Part shown: one piece after another, positions 22,819-35,965 of the stretch | Position numbering within the stretch: position 1 is the stretch's first letter | How the letters are laid out: every line of letters starts with the position of its first letter | From: Amoebophrya sp. A120 | Lineage: Eukaryota; Protista; Dinoflagellata | Assembly (NCBI GenBank): GCA_905178155.1 | Contig: CAJINV010000003.1 | Coordinates: 9,617,979 to 9,681,978, forward strand | Length of the DNA stretch: 64,000 nt | Reading direction: 5' to 3' | The notes under the pieces: model-generated | The model's database searches: none | The model's input: only the letters and a program-made list of their open reading frames with translations | Told to the model about the DNA's origin: nothing | Position numbers and translations under genes: made by a program

Positions 22819-22995
22819 ACTTGTAATTCCCGCCGCTAAAGCCCATCTCTAATTTCCGCCTCTAAAGTCGGCCTCTAAAGTGGGCCTCTAAAGTGGGCCT
22901 CTAAAGTCGGCCGCTAAAGTCGGCCTCTAAAGCCGGCCCCTAAAGCCGGCTTCTAAAACAGCCTCTAAAAAGGCTTCTAAAAAGTCCTCTAATTG
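22819..22995. repeat. Tandem array of ~14 units of 12-13 bp (consensus GCCTCTAAAGTCG)
   Basis: Units read directly from the sequence; they degenerate at both edges. Confidence 0.92.
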
Positions 22996-25194
22996 AAATC
23001 ACACACAAAGTCGCGACTTTGTGACTTTAGAAGACGAAATAGAAGAACTCGGGACGCCAAAACCAGAAGCGGAGCCGGAAGATTCCGGCTCCGCTTCACG
23101 CGAACATCCAGTGCCGGACATCCCGAAGTGTTTGCTTCGGACCTGCAGGAGATGGCGTTCGTGTTCGAAACCACGAACATCATCTCCCGGTCCTCGACAA
23201 ACGATCTGCGTCTTCGAGCCAGCGGCGCATGAGCGGGGATGCGAAGAGGCGCAGACCGCGTCGCGTCTCCAGAGAAGACGGGCAGGGCCCGCGCCTACCA
23301 CCCACATTGTGCGCCACCCTCTACACCCACCCACAACCGCCCTGCTTGTTCAAAATAGCGCGGCACTACTTTACCCAAAAACCAGCCCTGCCGAACCCCA
23401 AGAGACGAAGAAGGGGCGCGCCAGTGCTGTGTTGGGGAAACGACCAAAAACACCGCCCCCCGGGGGACTACGAAGGAAGAGAACCGCCCCGCGCTCACGC
23501 TGGGGGCCCAACACGATTAGAAGAAATGGGCGCCCGGAATTTTTTAAAGGCCGGAAAAATTAGCAGGATTTTAGAACGGAAATCCGCCCGGGGTGTTTCC
23601 GCATGAAGGCTTGGCGCGCGGGCGGCGCGACAAGAAGCGGATCCGGATGCCCGAACGCAATATCCGGCAAGCCCGAGCTGGGTGGCTCGCCGGCGCGGGC
23701 AGGCAGCTGAAAGCGACAGCACGGGGGCGCGGGCGGCCACGCACTGCTTGGTCCGTGTTTGCATTTCGGCGCCCCGGCGTTTCGGAGCAAAAAAAGCCCG
23801 CGCAGCGCGCAGCAGGCCGGGCCGGGTCGCGCGGCAGAAATCCCCGCCCCGCGGCCGTCTGGTGCCGGCCGGAAGCATGGTCTCCTCCGCCCCGAACCGG
23901 CCCTCCCCGTCGCAGTCGGCAATACCCGCCTGCCTGCCCGCGGGAATCGCCCCCCGCCAGGCCCCGGGCCGAAGCCGAGCGCGCCGCCGCAAGTGGCGCG
24001 CCTTCCTTCTTTCATGGCTGCAATGCAAATGGGGCGGCGCGGCCGGACGAGCCACGGGCCGAGGGGAAATGGAGCTGCGCTACAGGAAGCCGCGCGACAG
24101 GAGGCTGCGCGCCCAGTGCCGGAACGGGAAAGCAGCATCAGCACCGGGGCGGGCACATCCAGAAAACTGCGGCATAGCCTGGCACAGTCCCGCAACGCAA
24201 GAAAAAGGGCCAGTGGCGGAGCTGCGCAGCTCGCCGAAAAGCGGTCAGGCGGAAGGGAAGCAAGGCTACTAGGCCCTTTGGGCCACCACAGTGCCTCGCA
24301 CGAGGGGGTATGGCCTCCTGCCGGAAAGCTGATGCTCCCGGAATTCTAGTAGGGCCCCCCGGAAGGCGCTGCGGCCCACGGCCTCCCCTCCGTCCTGGCG
24401 CGCCACAGCGAGCCACCCAGAGTCGAACGGCAGCCGCCAATTTTGCCGCGGTGGGTGGAAGAGGTCAGTCGCCTTTGGTCCCGAAAGGGCGGGCAGCAAC
24501 GAAAAGGGGAGCCGCCCGCTGAGCCGGCGCAGAAAACGAAGGCCCTGCCGGTGCGTCGCCGCGCAGCAAGCACGGACGCCGGCGTGGCGTTCGGGGATCA
24601 CGTGCGGGCACGCGTAGCGGCGGTGCGGCTGAGCACGAAAAGCCCGCCCGGCCCGCCTCGCTCACTCTTTTTCTTGGGGCGCAAGCACCAAGTGGATTTG
24701 GGCAGGTGGCTTGGTGGGCGTTTCAGGCGTTGCCCGGGCGTCTGGGCTACCAGCCCGTGCGCAAAACTCTTTGCGAGTTCCGCAGGGTTCCAGTTTGCGC
24801 CTGCCCGTCTTTCCTTTCTTCTAAATTTTTTCTGCTGCCCCGCGTCAGATTGTGCCCCCCAGTCGCCGGGTCTTGCTCCGCTCTTTGCGCGAGACTCCAG
24901 CATGTCGGAGCGGCATCCGTTAACGCGTAATAATTGGAAACCTATACCGCGCTCGTATGGCAGGCGCGTCGGCTTCGTCGGCTGATATGCGCTTTGCGTT
25001 TGCGCGCCCCCACATGAGCGTTTTTTTACCGTCTTGTCACCCGAAGTACCTATTTAATCTCACAAGCATTGGCGCGTTCTCTGGCTACAACAGAAACGCT
25101 CAGATGCTCTTCTCAAGGTCAAGGCTCCTAATTACACTTAGCTTCAGAAAGATACACAGCAGAGGAAACACACCCAAGCACCCCGTGACCCACC

Positions 25195-26793
25195 TCATAA
25201 GTTTTGCACATAATTTTTCATCCGCTCGCGCTGTTCTGGAGGCAGCTCGCTTTTGTTAGCCTCAATTGAGCTGCCGACACTACCACCAGGGAGCATCATC
25301 TCCTGGGACCCACATTTTTCCGCTACCGCTCTCCGTGGACCTCTTTCCCAAATGCGATCGGTGTCAACGGACGTGTCTATGTAGTCGCAATCTCGGTCAC
25401 GCCGCGTCTGCTTTTCTTGCCAAACTCGTGCGCGCATCTTCTCGTACGAAAATTGCAGGATGTACTGTGGATCAAACCGGCGACAGTCGAATTCTGCAAC
25501 AACATGATAGAGTTGTAACGATTTACCGCCAGGCCCGTCCTTGAGATACGTTTCATCGTCCTCGCCGCGGCTCATTAGCCACGAGCTTGTCCCCTTTTCT
25601 GCCCCCGTCAATCCGTGTGCCTTGACGTCTTCTCGCCAGTCATTCTGTATCTTTTCATAAGGGGAGTGCCGAAGTGGAGCAATGTCCAGCTTTCGGCGAA
25701 TCTCGCGGATGACCTGCAGCGGGATGAGGGCTTCGACCTTCACCACTCCAACGCGTTCAAGCTCATCATGAGTTTGCTTCAAAAAAGAATAGCTGTAATG
25801 CGGGTAGTTCGAATCCACCAAGCATCTACTATCGTTTCCTTCCTGCGACCTGCAACTGCGAGTCCGGTTGTCTATCCCACCCTCAAGAAGACCTTCAAGC
25901 TTTTTGTCTTGTGTCACCATCCGGTTCCAGGTGGCCTCATCCAGAAGCTGTTCTGCAAACCACTCCACCGCTCCTTGCGCTTTTTTGATACTATCAACAG
26001 ACACGCGAGCAAGACTGGGAGAATGCTGGAAGTGCTGCGACAGAAAGCCCCGTGCTACCCAGTGATTCGCGAGGACCGCGGGCACGTTCGCTTCAAGGAG
26101 TTCCTCCTCGTGCGCTCTTCCATCCGCACGGACATAATTGCCGGAGCCTGCAGCTGCGATCGCGCGGTCGTCGAACTGGCTGCTACTATCTCCTTTTTGC
26201 ATTTTGGTCAACATTTTGGCTAGCCTCGCGGCGCTAGTGTTTCCTGTACGTTCGCTCTCCTCTCGTTTCCGCTCGTCTAAATCCTCCGGAAGGCGCACGC
26301 GAGACTTTGGCTGCTGTATTCTGTCAGGGTTTCGACGCGGAGATTCTATCAGCTCACTACGAGACGGAGTCTGTCCATGCGACATCTCGCAGACCGGCAG
26401 AGAAGTCAGACTTAGCCATTTGTGTGCAGCATCCGGGTCCTTTTCAGCTTGCATCCAGCAGTAAACGTGGTGCTGAATCGGGGCAAGCAACGACGCTGCA
26501 CGCTGTAGCTTGTGCGTGAACTCGATTTCGCGATCTGGGCGAAAAGCTGTATCAAACCTGAGACTAGAGCGCTCTACACAGGGGACCTGGTTCGCACAGC
26601 GCGTCCCACGTCTGTTGACCACCAGAAACCCGACCACCGCACCACCAGAAAACAGGAAGATACTCGGAGCACGGCTCCGCCATACTATCCAGCGGCTGCT
26701 GCGCCCGACACGGACGTCGTACGCGAAAGATCGCCACGCGTGAACAGCCACCTTGATATGAGGCGCCACCAGTCCGCCTCTGAGACAAATCAA
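25195..26793 (-). CDS. Hypothetical protein (~530 aa open frame), weak PhyH/2OG-Fe(II) dioxygenase-like segment; true start and splicing uncertain
   Basis: 1.6-kb stop-free frame in normal-composition DNA with protein-like residue usage. ELERVGVVKVEALIPLQVIREIRRKL resembles a PhyH N-terminal motif, but no clear HxD...H triad is visible. Confidence 0.5.
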   Translation of the reverse strand: MICLRGGLVAPHIKVAVHAWRSFAYDVRVGRSSRWIVWRSRAPSIFLFSGGAVVGFLVVNRRGTRCANQVPCVERSSLRFDTAFRPDREIEFTHKLQRAASLLAPIQHHVYCWMQAEKDPDAAHKWLSLTSLPVCEMSHGQTPSRSELIESPRRNPDRIQQPKSRVRLPEDLDERKREESERTGNTSAARLAKMLTKMQKGDSSSQFDDRAIAAAGSGNYVRADGRAHEEELLEANVPAVLANHWVARGFLSQHFQHSPSLARVSVDSIKKAQGAVEWFAEQLLDEATWNRMVTQDKKLEGLLEGGIDNRTRSCRSQEGNDSRCLVDSNYPHYSYSFLKQTHDELERVGVVKVEALIPLQVIREIRRKLDIAPLRHSPYEKIQNDWREDVKAHGLTGAEKGTSSWLMSRGEDDETYLKDGPGGKSLQLYHVVAEFDCRRFDPQYILQFSYEKMRARVWQEKQTRRDRDCDYIDTSVDTDRIWERGPRRAVAEKCGSQEMMLPGGSVGSSIEANKSELPPEQRERMKNYVQNL

Positions 26794-27834
26794 TAATGCT
26801 TTTCCGCCCAGGAGAAAGATGGCGACTCACAATTAATTTACCAGGGCCCATTTGCCATAAAGCAGACATCGACAATGCCTAGCTGTTTCCATATCACACC
26901 CTGGAAGAAAAGCCGATCTGCAAAACCTCCAGCGAAATTCTTATCGAGTATCTAAGCCACTTGACGCATCAACAGTCATTGACAGAGTGATGGATCAGCG
27001 CTATCAATAATAGACATACAAAGTGCCTTCAACTGGCTGGCGAGGTACGGATGAAGCTGGAAAGAAGCAATCACAAAGAAATGCACAGTTCAATCGCTCA
27101 ACAGGGGCGCAGGGAAACGACGCTCCATATCGGCGCACGTGCCCCATTCTTACAAGCGCGCTCGTTGGCGTGCTATGCGTCTGGTTGGGAAATTCGTATT
27201 TCCACGGCCCCCCGGTATTATGGCAACAGTACTAAAAACTCCAACTCCGTGTCAGAAGGAAGCGCGGTGGAAGACGTTCGCTGCAGCTTGTGTTTGGCGT
27301 GCGGATCTACCCTAGGTGGTAATTTGTCGAACTGCACGCGGCAGACCTGGCGACATCGGTTCCAAGCAGCTTGCTGCAACACAAAGATGAACAAGCACAG
27401 TAGAAGCAAGTCACTTCACGCAAAAACGAAGCAAGTCGACCCATCGTCACTTGAGAGTGCACACCTCCCGTGTGGTCGTACAGCTGCGACCGAATGATAT
27501 CGATAAAGATACAGCATTTAGCATGATGCTGTGCGATCCACGCTGTATTTAGATAGGCCACTAAGCGGCATGGTAGTAAGCTCTGTATCAATCAGCGCCC
27601 TCCGGATCAAAAGCTCTCTCAAAACCGAAAAGGCAGCATGAGCATTTTAAAATGGCTTCTCAACCTACATCGGTGGACTTCTTAGAGAACACTCCTGATT
27701 AGTGTGTCGCGGTAAGTTTTCTGGTATTCTGTGTCAGTGCGATTGTGGGAAGACATGCGGAGCGTTACAGCATGGTAGGTTTGCCCGCGGCGGGTGGCGT
27801 AGGAGTTAAGATTCCAGGTCTAGTCACCAAGCTT

Positions 27835-28699
27835 TCAGTGCTTCTTGCGCTGCGCTGCAATTGCCTCGGTCATTTCTTCGCGCTTCTTCTTCCCCCGCTT
27901 GTGCGTACCGAGTCGCTTCTTAGCATACCTGATTCAAATTTTTAGTAAGTAAGGCATATCTACATGAGTCGTACCATTTTGAGACTACGAAACACACCAC
28001 TTCAAACAGCCTCCGCAAAATCAAAACTGCTTCCATTTCCATTCACAATTGCAGTCAGCAGTAGAAAATATAATACTTCAGCGCACGCTTCAGGGAAGAA
28101 GCAGATCCCATTTTGATCAACTCCATAACCCGGCGCTCGTACGGTGCGAATCCTGCTGTTTCTCGCACAACCTCCCTCACCAAAGCAACCCTGTAGTGAT
28201 TTAGCTTGGGTTTTGAAGATGGAATGGTGCCTAATATACAACGTTCCTGATGTTGTAGAAAGCTCGCTTGCAACGCCTTCAAGGCAACGAGCACTACTAG
28301 GCCTCCGAGCTTCTATATGACTTCGATGAAAAGTAGGGCCCAGCGAATATCTAATTCCGAAATCTGCTCAGATCTACAGCCACGACCCAGGTAGAGACTA
28401 TATGTTGCTATCAGATATCGTTTGACGACGGTAGACACCTCCAGTAGGAGTATATTCCAGCACGCCAATACTGAATTGTTTCCGTTCACTAGACAGGAGG
28501 GGGAACATCTCTGGCCGTCGAACTTGAGAGAATAGAGATGTGGCATCATGATCATACGCCATCTGACAAAAGGAAAAAATATGTAACTTGGATACTTCGA
28601 GCTGAGCTTGCCTTTCATGTTGGACGGACGTTGCTTCAACTCCCGAACGGTCGTGATGTGCCCGCGGTCGCGGCCGGCTGCAATCCCGCTTCGCGCCAT
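27835..28699 (-). CDS. RPL36: 60S ribosomal protein eL36; exons 28699-28596, 28190-28077, 27928-27835 (103 aa)
   Basis: Spliced product [14 protein letters not shown]...[33 protein letters not shown]...[24 protein letters not shown]. Both introns are GT-AG and the frame closes exactly. Confidence 0.96.
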
Positions 28700-30036
28700 T
28701 CTGAACTCTGTCTTTCCACAATTCTAGTCCTGACGATAATGTCCCTGAATGAAAAAAAGTGATAAAGGGCTCGAAAATCAAATATGACTTGGCAAACCGA
28801 ACCAAACATGGTAAGTAAAGAAATTAGAGTCTCATTGTCATTCGCGAAGGATTTCGTACGACAATAAAGTCACATTTCGGTAGAGGTCAGGCCCTCCAGT
28901 CAAGATCCAACATTGACGCAATAGCGGCGCACAAACGACCAGCATTCTACGATCATCCGGATCATGGTAGCATCATGGAATTTGATCCTTTGTTCTGAAA
29001 AAAGATCGACATATTGGTAGTCTGCCTCTTGACGCGGGTGTGTTGCATCGCTTCGATTTCTGTGGCCCAGATCCAAATTGATCGCTTTTGAGTTTCCATT
29101 TCCTCATCTCGTCTGGGATCTACTCCTAGCAGCCTCATCTCAACTTTTTTTTTAATAAGAGAAATCACAGATCAAAATCAGCGAGTTAGCACATGGACAA
29201 CTTCAGATCGGAAGTTCTGGAACAAAAAGAAGAGAGCAAGCGTTCTCCTTCAGAATGCATGCTTGAGTTACGCACGCACAGTAGACCCGTGCAAGATTTT
29301 TTTCTCCAAGAGGACCCATCGCAACAGAGTTCCGAGTTGGCGAAACTCCAACAACATCCGAAAGTACAAGTTTAAGTTGTTTGATGGCTACAATGAAATA
29401 AAGAGCTTGCCGCAACTTCAACGCGGCCTCCGGAAATTTCAGACGCTAGAGCGCGCGAAATAGCAGAAGTATGTGCATTTTTCCCGTGATACTTTTTCTC
29501 ATCGCAACGGGGTCTGAAGTGACGCAGACCGCCATCAAAGACGAGAGACATGCAACAAAAACAGATTGATGTGGCATTTAAGTTGGCGGTCACTGCACGC
29601 TGTTAATACTGACGGCAAGATGCATACCTACTACCCACGGAGGAGGAGTTCAACATCTACTTAGTAAAGCAAGAGTCTAGGTCTGTGGGGTGCCATATCT
29701 GCCCGTAGCAGAGACTGACTGCACTCGCGTTCTGTCTGAGATAGAATCTCCTCGCCTTCAGCGGAGGAGGCATAGTGAAAAATACTTGATCTTCATTTTG
29801 ATCATAATTCGTAAAACAAAACAGGTGGTCAATTTCACATTTATTTTTATGTTGGTCTTGATGTTTCGTTACATTGACATTCATTGTGTTTCTATGAAAA
29901 CTATCTCCAGGAAATGAAAAGTAAGATCATATAAACATTGCAGGAAGGCCTGACCGAAGGACCCGAGTACAACCAGTCATGACATTAAGCAACAAGACTA
30001 GAAAATTAGGACCAACAATCGTCGCCTGATGATCCA

Positions 30037-32326
30037 TCACGCATTTAGATAGCTAGTGGGGTCGATCTGCTCGGGGCACTCCGTGATTTGCACCTCGAAG
30101 CGAGCCTGAACGTCCTCCAACACCTTTTTATCCTCATCCGTCGCCGTGAAGGTAATTGCCAGACCTTTGGTCCCGAAACGCCCAGCGCGCCCAACACGAT
30201 GCAGGTACGAATCCGAATCCGCAGGCATGTCGTAATTGATGACGACATTCACCTTTTCAATGTCGATTCCTCGTCCGAATAAATCCGTAGCGACCATGAT
30301 CCGCTTTTGAAATTCCTTAAACGCCTTGTAGCGCTCGATCCGCTCGGTCTGCTTCAAACCCGAGTGAACTGCTACGGACGGAAAGCTGCATTCCTGTAAC
30401 AGCTTATCGAGCGCGATCGCTCGCTGAACCGACTTCACGAAGATGATAACCTGTGTAAAATCAAACGCGATTGTGTTTGGGCGACAATAGTGTTACTGCT
30501 GATAGTTATCATTATCCTTGCGGATTCCGAAAGGAGACCAGGCTGCTCCCAGTAGAGCCTAGGACATAAAAACTGCTACCCAGTCAACATGGTGCGGTTT
30601 TTTCGCATCACATTTTTTCGTCAAACATGAACTCCATGAAGTATCATTTGGTACCTGATTGAATTGAAGGATGTCCAGCAAATCATTCAACTTCCGATTT
30701 TTTTTCGCCTCGTCCAGCTTTACGTAGTATTGGAGAAGCCCATGCAGTGTCAGCTTGCTTTCCTCGTCGACCCGAATTTCATGCGGGTTCTGCATGAACT
30801 TTTTGCAGACATCCCGAATCTCCTTCGTCATGGTAGCGGAAAACATCATAACTGTAGATATTTCATGATTCCATAACGACAGTCACGCATTCCAATTCGA
30901 CTAAAAACCTCCACGTGACACTGGAAAGAAAAAGTACACATGCAGATACAAATATCGGACGTCCGTCGCAGCTGTCGGAAATAGTAGTGGCAACAGCGTA
31001 TAATTTGGAGAGCGACGATAATGGAGCAACTGCCAAAATTTACATGAACGAATCTCGCTGTCTCACCTTGCTTTTTTTTGGGGCATTGGATGAAAATCTT
31101 CTGCACGTCTTGGCGCATATCCGCTTTCTCCAAGCACTTGTCGCATTCGTCTAAAATAAACTGCTTCACGTCACCAAGAGCCAAGGCCTTGTCCTTCAAC
31201 AGCGCAAGTACACGACCTGTGTATGAAATCGATCATATGAAATCACAAAGGGAGAGCGTTCCACAGCCTAATTGCTTCTGCATCAGGCTGCCAGAGACAT
31301 GCTGTACTAACATCATCCAGACACACACAGCAAGCAAGCGTACCCGGAGTTCCAATAACAATGTGCGGCGAGGTTTCCGTCTCCTTAAGCAGTTTCTTGT
31401 CTTCCGCAATGGGCGTGCCACCGTACACAACTGCCACCTTGCACCAGGCGAAGTACTTCGCGAACCTTGTAAAATGTGCCGCTTTTCTCTTTTGCCACTA
31501 AGTCAGGTGCAGCGCAATCATCGAGACCTCTGTTCCAGGGAGGCGGATTTAATCTTAATCACATCACTCAATATCAGATAGTAGTTGTGCCGATTAAAAA
31601 ACAAACAAACCAATGGAATCTTGCTTCGTTTGTACCGGTCATACTCCTTTTTGATCTGGTACGCGAGTTCGCGAGCATGGCACAACACCAAGACTTGCAG
31701 CTTGTTTTTTTTCTCTTCTTTGCCCTCTTCGATCGGAACTTGGCCATCCTCCAATCCCTGCAGTGTGCTTAGCACGAACACGGCTGTCTTTCCCATTCCC
31801 GACTTCGCCTGACACAGGACGTCGGTACCTGTATGTAAAATATTGAGAAAAACTCAAAGCGACGTTTTCAGCCAGTATCATGCTATCGGCGCTCGGTGGT
31901 CGAAAGACTAGACAAACAGACACACAATCTGATACCCAACACGGCCTGGGGAATGCACTCGTGCTGCACCTCGGACGGATGTTCAAAGCCGCAATCAACG
32001 ACAGCTCTCTGCAATTCGGCCTTCAAGAGAAAGTCACGAAACCCGCTGGCGTGGATGCCGATGTAATTACCTGATTGCGAGGTGTAAAGGTAAACTCTGA
32101 CTGTGACATTCGTACGCATAAGAGCCACCGGGGCAACAGGCAGTCCCTGCAAAAAAGCAAAAGTCTTGTATTGCAAAGCTCAGGAACTGGCAAATCGATA
32201 TCAAACATTCCTGATGAAAACACAGAGTTGCTCCGAACCTTTCTTCGCCTCGCCGGTCTGTGCCTGCTGATCGAAGGTTTGGTCTTCCTCGAAGTCGGGA
32301 AGTGCATCCTCATCGTGGCTCGCCAT
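30037..32326 (-). CDS. DDX39B: DECD-box RNA helicase UAP56/Sub2; exons 32326-32239, 32070-31936, 31828-31636, 31465-31344, 31216-31067, 30851-30655, 30450-30037 (432 aa)
   Basis: Motifs [50 protein letters not shown] and [10 protein letters not shown]. Six GT-AG introns give an intact 1299-nt frame. Confidence 0.97.
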
Positions 32327-35300
32327 TTTCTTTGAAAGTGGATATAATGCAGACGGCAGTGCGCAAACGAGAATCACCGTAAAAAAAATCCGCGGTCGCT
32401 CTAACTGTATCAAATAAAATCAAATCGGAAATTCGACGCCAGAAAGTCGAAACCTGCTTCTCAACTGTGTATGCATTTCACAAGAATTTTCATTGGAGAG
32501 AATGGGGAAAGTGCGACGCATAGACGAAGAATCCACACGAAACCGCGCTTCATGTCGATCGCAATGTAGTACTATCGAACCTTGCATTTGAGCTGCAGAT
32601 GTCTGATCTGTCCGCGAGAATTCAAACTTTACGATCCAAAAAAGAGAAATGCTTGCTCCTTGCATTTAAAGAAAAAAAACGTCACATTTAGAGCATCTCA
32701 CTAAAATTGATCTGCGCAACGAGTTGTCTTCGCATTCACGACAATTATAGGAGCCCAAATCCAAATGCCACTAAGTCTACGAGTCCTACAATCGGGCAAT
32801 AGTTCGAACCCACAGAAAGTGGAGAGTACGTCAAAATTCAAGAGTTCGACGTTGGGGGTTCTGAAAGCCGTAGGAGTCGGTCTCTTGATTAGCAAAACGC
32901 TGCGCGCATCGAATTCGTGGTTAAAGCCCACCTCGGATCAAGAAATGCACTGAGCACAGATGATGTTTCGCACGGATCGCAATTAGGGGACGGCAAAGTC
33001 GTAACGACGAGGCGCCTCGAGCCGAAACACTACCGGAAATACTCTTAAATTCAAAAAGTGATTGCTGTTCGTGGACGAACTACAAGCCGAACGCGCAAAC
33101 TCGTTGCACATAAAAGCTGCTACTCAGCAGCCACAGTTTGTTCCTATCCTTGCTTGTTGCGTTTCTCGACTCTTTCCGGCAGCAGAGCTCGGCTATTTAC
33201 ACGAAAGGCAATTCATCAAAGCTGCGCAGGGGCATGGCAGTGTGCAGAGGGTTACTTAAAATGGGGCCTGCTCACGCGTTCAAGTATCGCAGTCCTGAGG
33301 GTTCGTTCTTTTTTCTTGAGCAATACTCGACAATCTACCGGCGTCACGTGCACTTTCATGACGTTTTTTAGCCAGCACTACACGCAAATATAGCGGGGAT
33401 ATGTGTCGCGAAATAATCGGGCTCCAGTCGCTCTTCATATGAGTGGGTATCTTTTCCTGCTTCGTCTGCAAGCAACTGCCAAGGCTTCTGCCAGAAATTC
33501 CGGATCTGCCGTGGCGAGACGCACACTGAATGCGGAGGACTTCCTTGAGATGGGTAGAGCCGAGCACGCAGGATAGAAAAACCGCTTCTGATTCCAGACG
33601 TCTGGCAGCAGCAAAAGTGCGGATATGTGGCGCAAAGTGGGTGCTTGACAAACAGCCAGGCCATTCATCATCATCGTCATTATCTATCCTGCACCGAGGG
33701 GCGCGCGACGTTTCGGTCATTAGACGACAACACAGCAGGGCTTGTTGGCCTCGACCTTAGGATCGCCCGCCTCCCGACGATCTCCAATGCGCCTCTATGA
33801 ATGTGGAAGGCAATGCTTCTTGTTTTCCAGCATCGGCGAGTCTCGAGCGACAGAGTGGCAGCCATGGGCAAGGTGCTGGCAACGGCTAGGCAGCCGCGCC
33901 GTTGAGCCATTGGCGACCGTGACACCCCAAGCCTGCCAGCAGGCAAATGGAAGCGCGACGGCGCCAGCCCCCCACAAGACCATGGGCAAGCGCCTGCAGC
34001 AACCGGCTCCGCCCCATCCCGTCGATTCCGCGCCGCCCCTTGCGCGCACGTACGCGCGAAGAGCGGCTGCTCCTGCTTCTGCTGATTCATTTCCCTGCGG
34101 GGGGGGACAGTCAGCACCGCCCACGGGGCTAACGTGAGGCACGCACTAACTCCATTAAGTGGCGCAAACGAGTACCGCCACACCTGTGCACAGATGATGC
34201 GCATGCGCCGGCAAGTTGCCCAGCGCGATATGTCTGGCGGAGAGGTTTTTCGCACGCACCCCGTCGACAAGAGACTTGGTCGCGCTCATCGATCGTCAGC
34301 GCCACACATTTTCGGCATATCTTCCTTACAATGTCGCGGCTGGGTAAGCTAGCCATCCGCAAAAACTTTCAACCAAAACCGAATGAGTTTTCCCCCCTTT
34401 CAGATAGTTAACATCACGCGCTTTGGCTCAGAGGCGAGCCCTGCGCCGCGCAGTGAGCGAGTGAGAGGCTCCTCACTTGCACAGGTTTGCACTGGCTGGC
34501 AAATTTCATACTCACCCGGGAGAGTATGACAAAATCGCGGCCCCTGGGGGGCGGGGGCAGCGCGCGCCTTTCACGGCTCTGCGCTCCGTTGATCCATGAT
34601 CGGAGAGCAACGCAGTTCCACGCATGCCGGAAGCCGGGTTGCGCCCATGCTTCCTGGCGCTACGCACTCCTTGGCCCGACGGAGTTCACCGACCGCCGAG
34701 GTGAAGAGCTCCGCTCACTTCAGGCTCGGCCGAAGCACGTCTTCTACTGTGGTCGGATCAACTGCAAGAGTTCACCTGCAGCGAAGCGCGACTTCGGCAA
34801 TTATCATGTGAGGACTTCACCTCCAGAGATTTTATCACGCCACTTCTGTCGAAGAGCGCAAAAAGTTCACCAACACCTTTGTAGCGACCTCATCTACGGA
34901 GTGCACCGTAGCCGAGGTTTTGTAGCAACCGCGTGGCGCATGCGCGGCCGCCAATCTGATCTCTTTTGAGCCATTTTACTTTCTGAGCTTTTCTGATTTT
35001 GAGAACGCGATTTTCCGATCTTGGCCTCAAATTTGAGGGCGCGCTTTTCTTTTTCTTTGGTTGTGCACTCTTTCTTGATCTGGCGATTGTCCAATTTTGG
35101 GAATATTTTCGAAGGTCAAATCAATCGCGAGCGCGCAAAGCAGCAGGGCAGCGCGCGAAGCGAAAGCAACTGTGCTATTTATTGCAGCCCTGGAGCTGCA
35201 AACTATTCCTAGACGTGCACGGGCGGGCGTTCCGTCGTGCACATGTTTCAGGCGATCGGCCGAAAACTAAAGGCAAGAACTTAATTTTACAAGCGAAATA

Positions 35301-35965
35301 AACATTGGAATAGAAATTGAAAGTCCAAACCCACGCGAAGCATTAATGCGGCAGGTGCAACGCGCGCCAGAAAGTGTTCGCATACCACCGCTGCCCGCGC
35401 CCTAAATGCAGCGCAGCTGTCCCTTGGCCTTCCATGCAAAAGCGGCCAAAATACAGTGCGGCGCAGCTGCACCTCTGTTTTCCGTGCAAGAGTGAGCCGC
35501 TTTGCCGTCCCATGGGCCCAGGGGGGCGGGGAAGGAAATACCGTCATCGTGTCCTGACGTGCCATTAGGGGGCCCCACCAGCCTTAATCATTTAGGTGGC
35601 GTAGACTCGGCGATCCAAGCCAACCAAGGTTCGCAAAGTACCGTGGCGGATTGGCGCCGCCCTCACTAACGCTCCCGAAGTAGTGGCGCAGAAACTTTTA
35701 ACCACCACGATAGATATTTACGCGCGGACGAATGCGGTCTGGGAGCCACCAGATGCGACGCACCAGCAACTTGGCAGGGCTTTGGAGTTGGACATTGCGA
35801 AGTCAACCAACATATTAGGAGCTGCGAATACGTAGCATTGCGTGTCGTATCACTACTGCCATCTCTTTAGCTTCGCCACTGAAGCAATCCGATTCCGCAG
35901 CTGAGAAGCCGCAGCTTGCTTCGTGTTGCGCTGACCTGAAAACAGTGCACCAAGAAACGTCATTA

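Noticed and set aside
22819-22995. Possible CRISPR array or interstitial telomere (CCCTAAA-like)
   Set aside because: There are no unique spacers, the context is eukaryotic, and the period is 13 bp rather than 7 bp.
27835-32326. Non-canonical introns in RPL36 or UAP56
   Set aside because: All eight introns resolve as GT-AG with intact reading frames.
34422-34431. TTTGGCTCAG, a partial spliced-leader-like word
   Set aside because: Only 9 matching bases and no convincing downstream gene; expected by chance.
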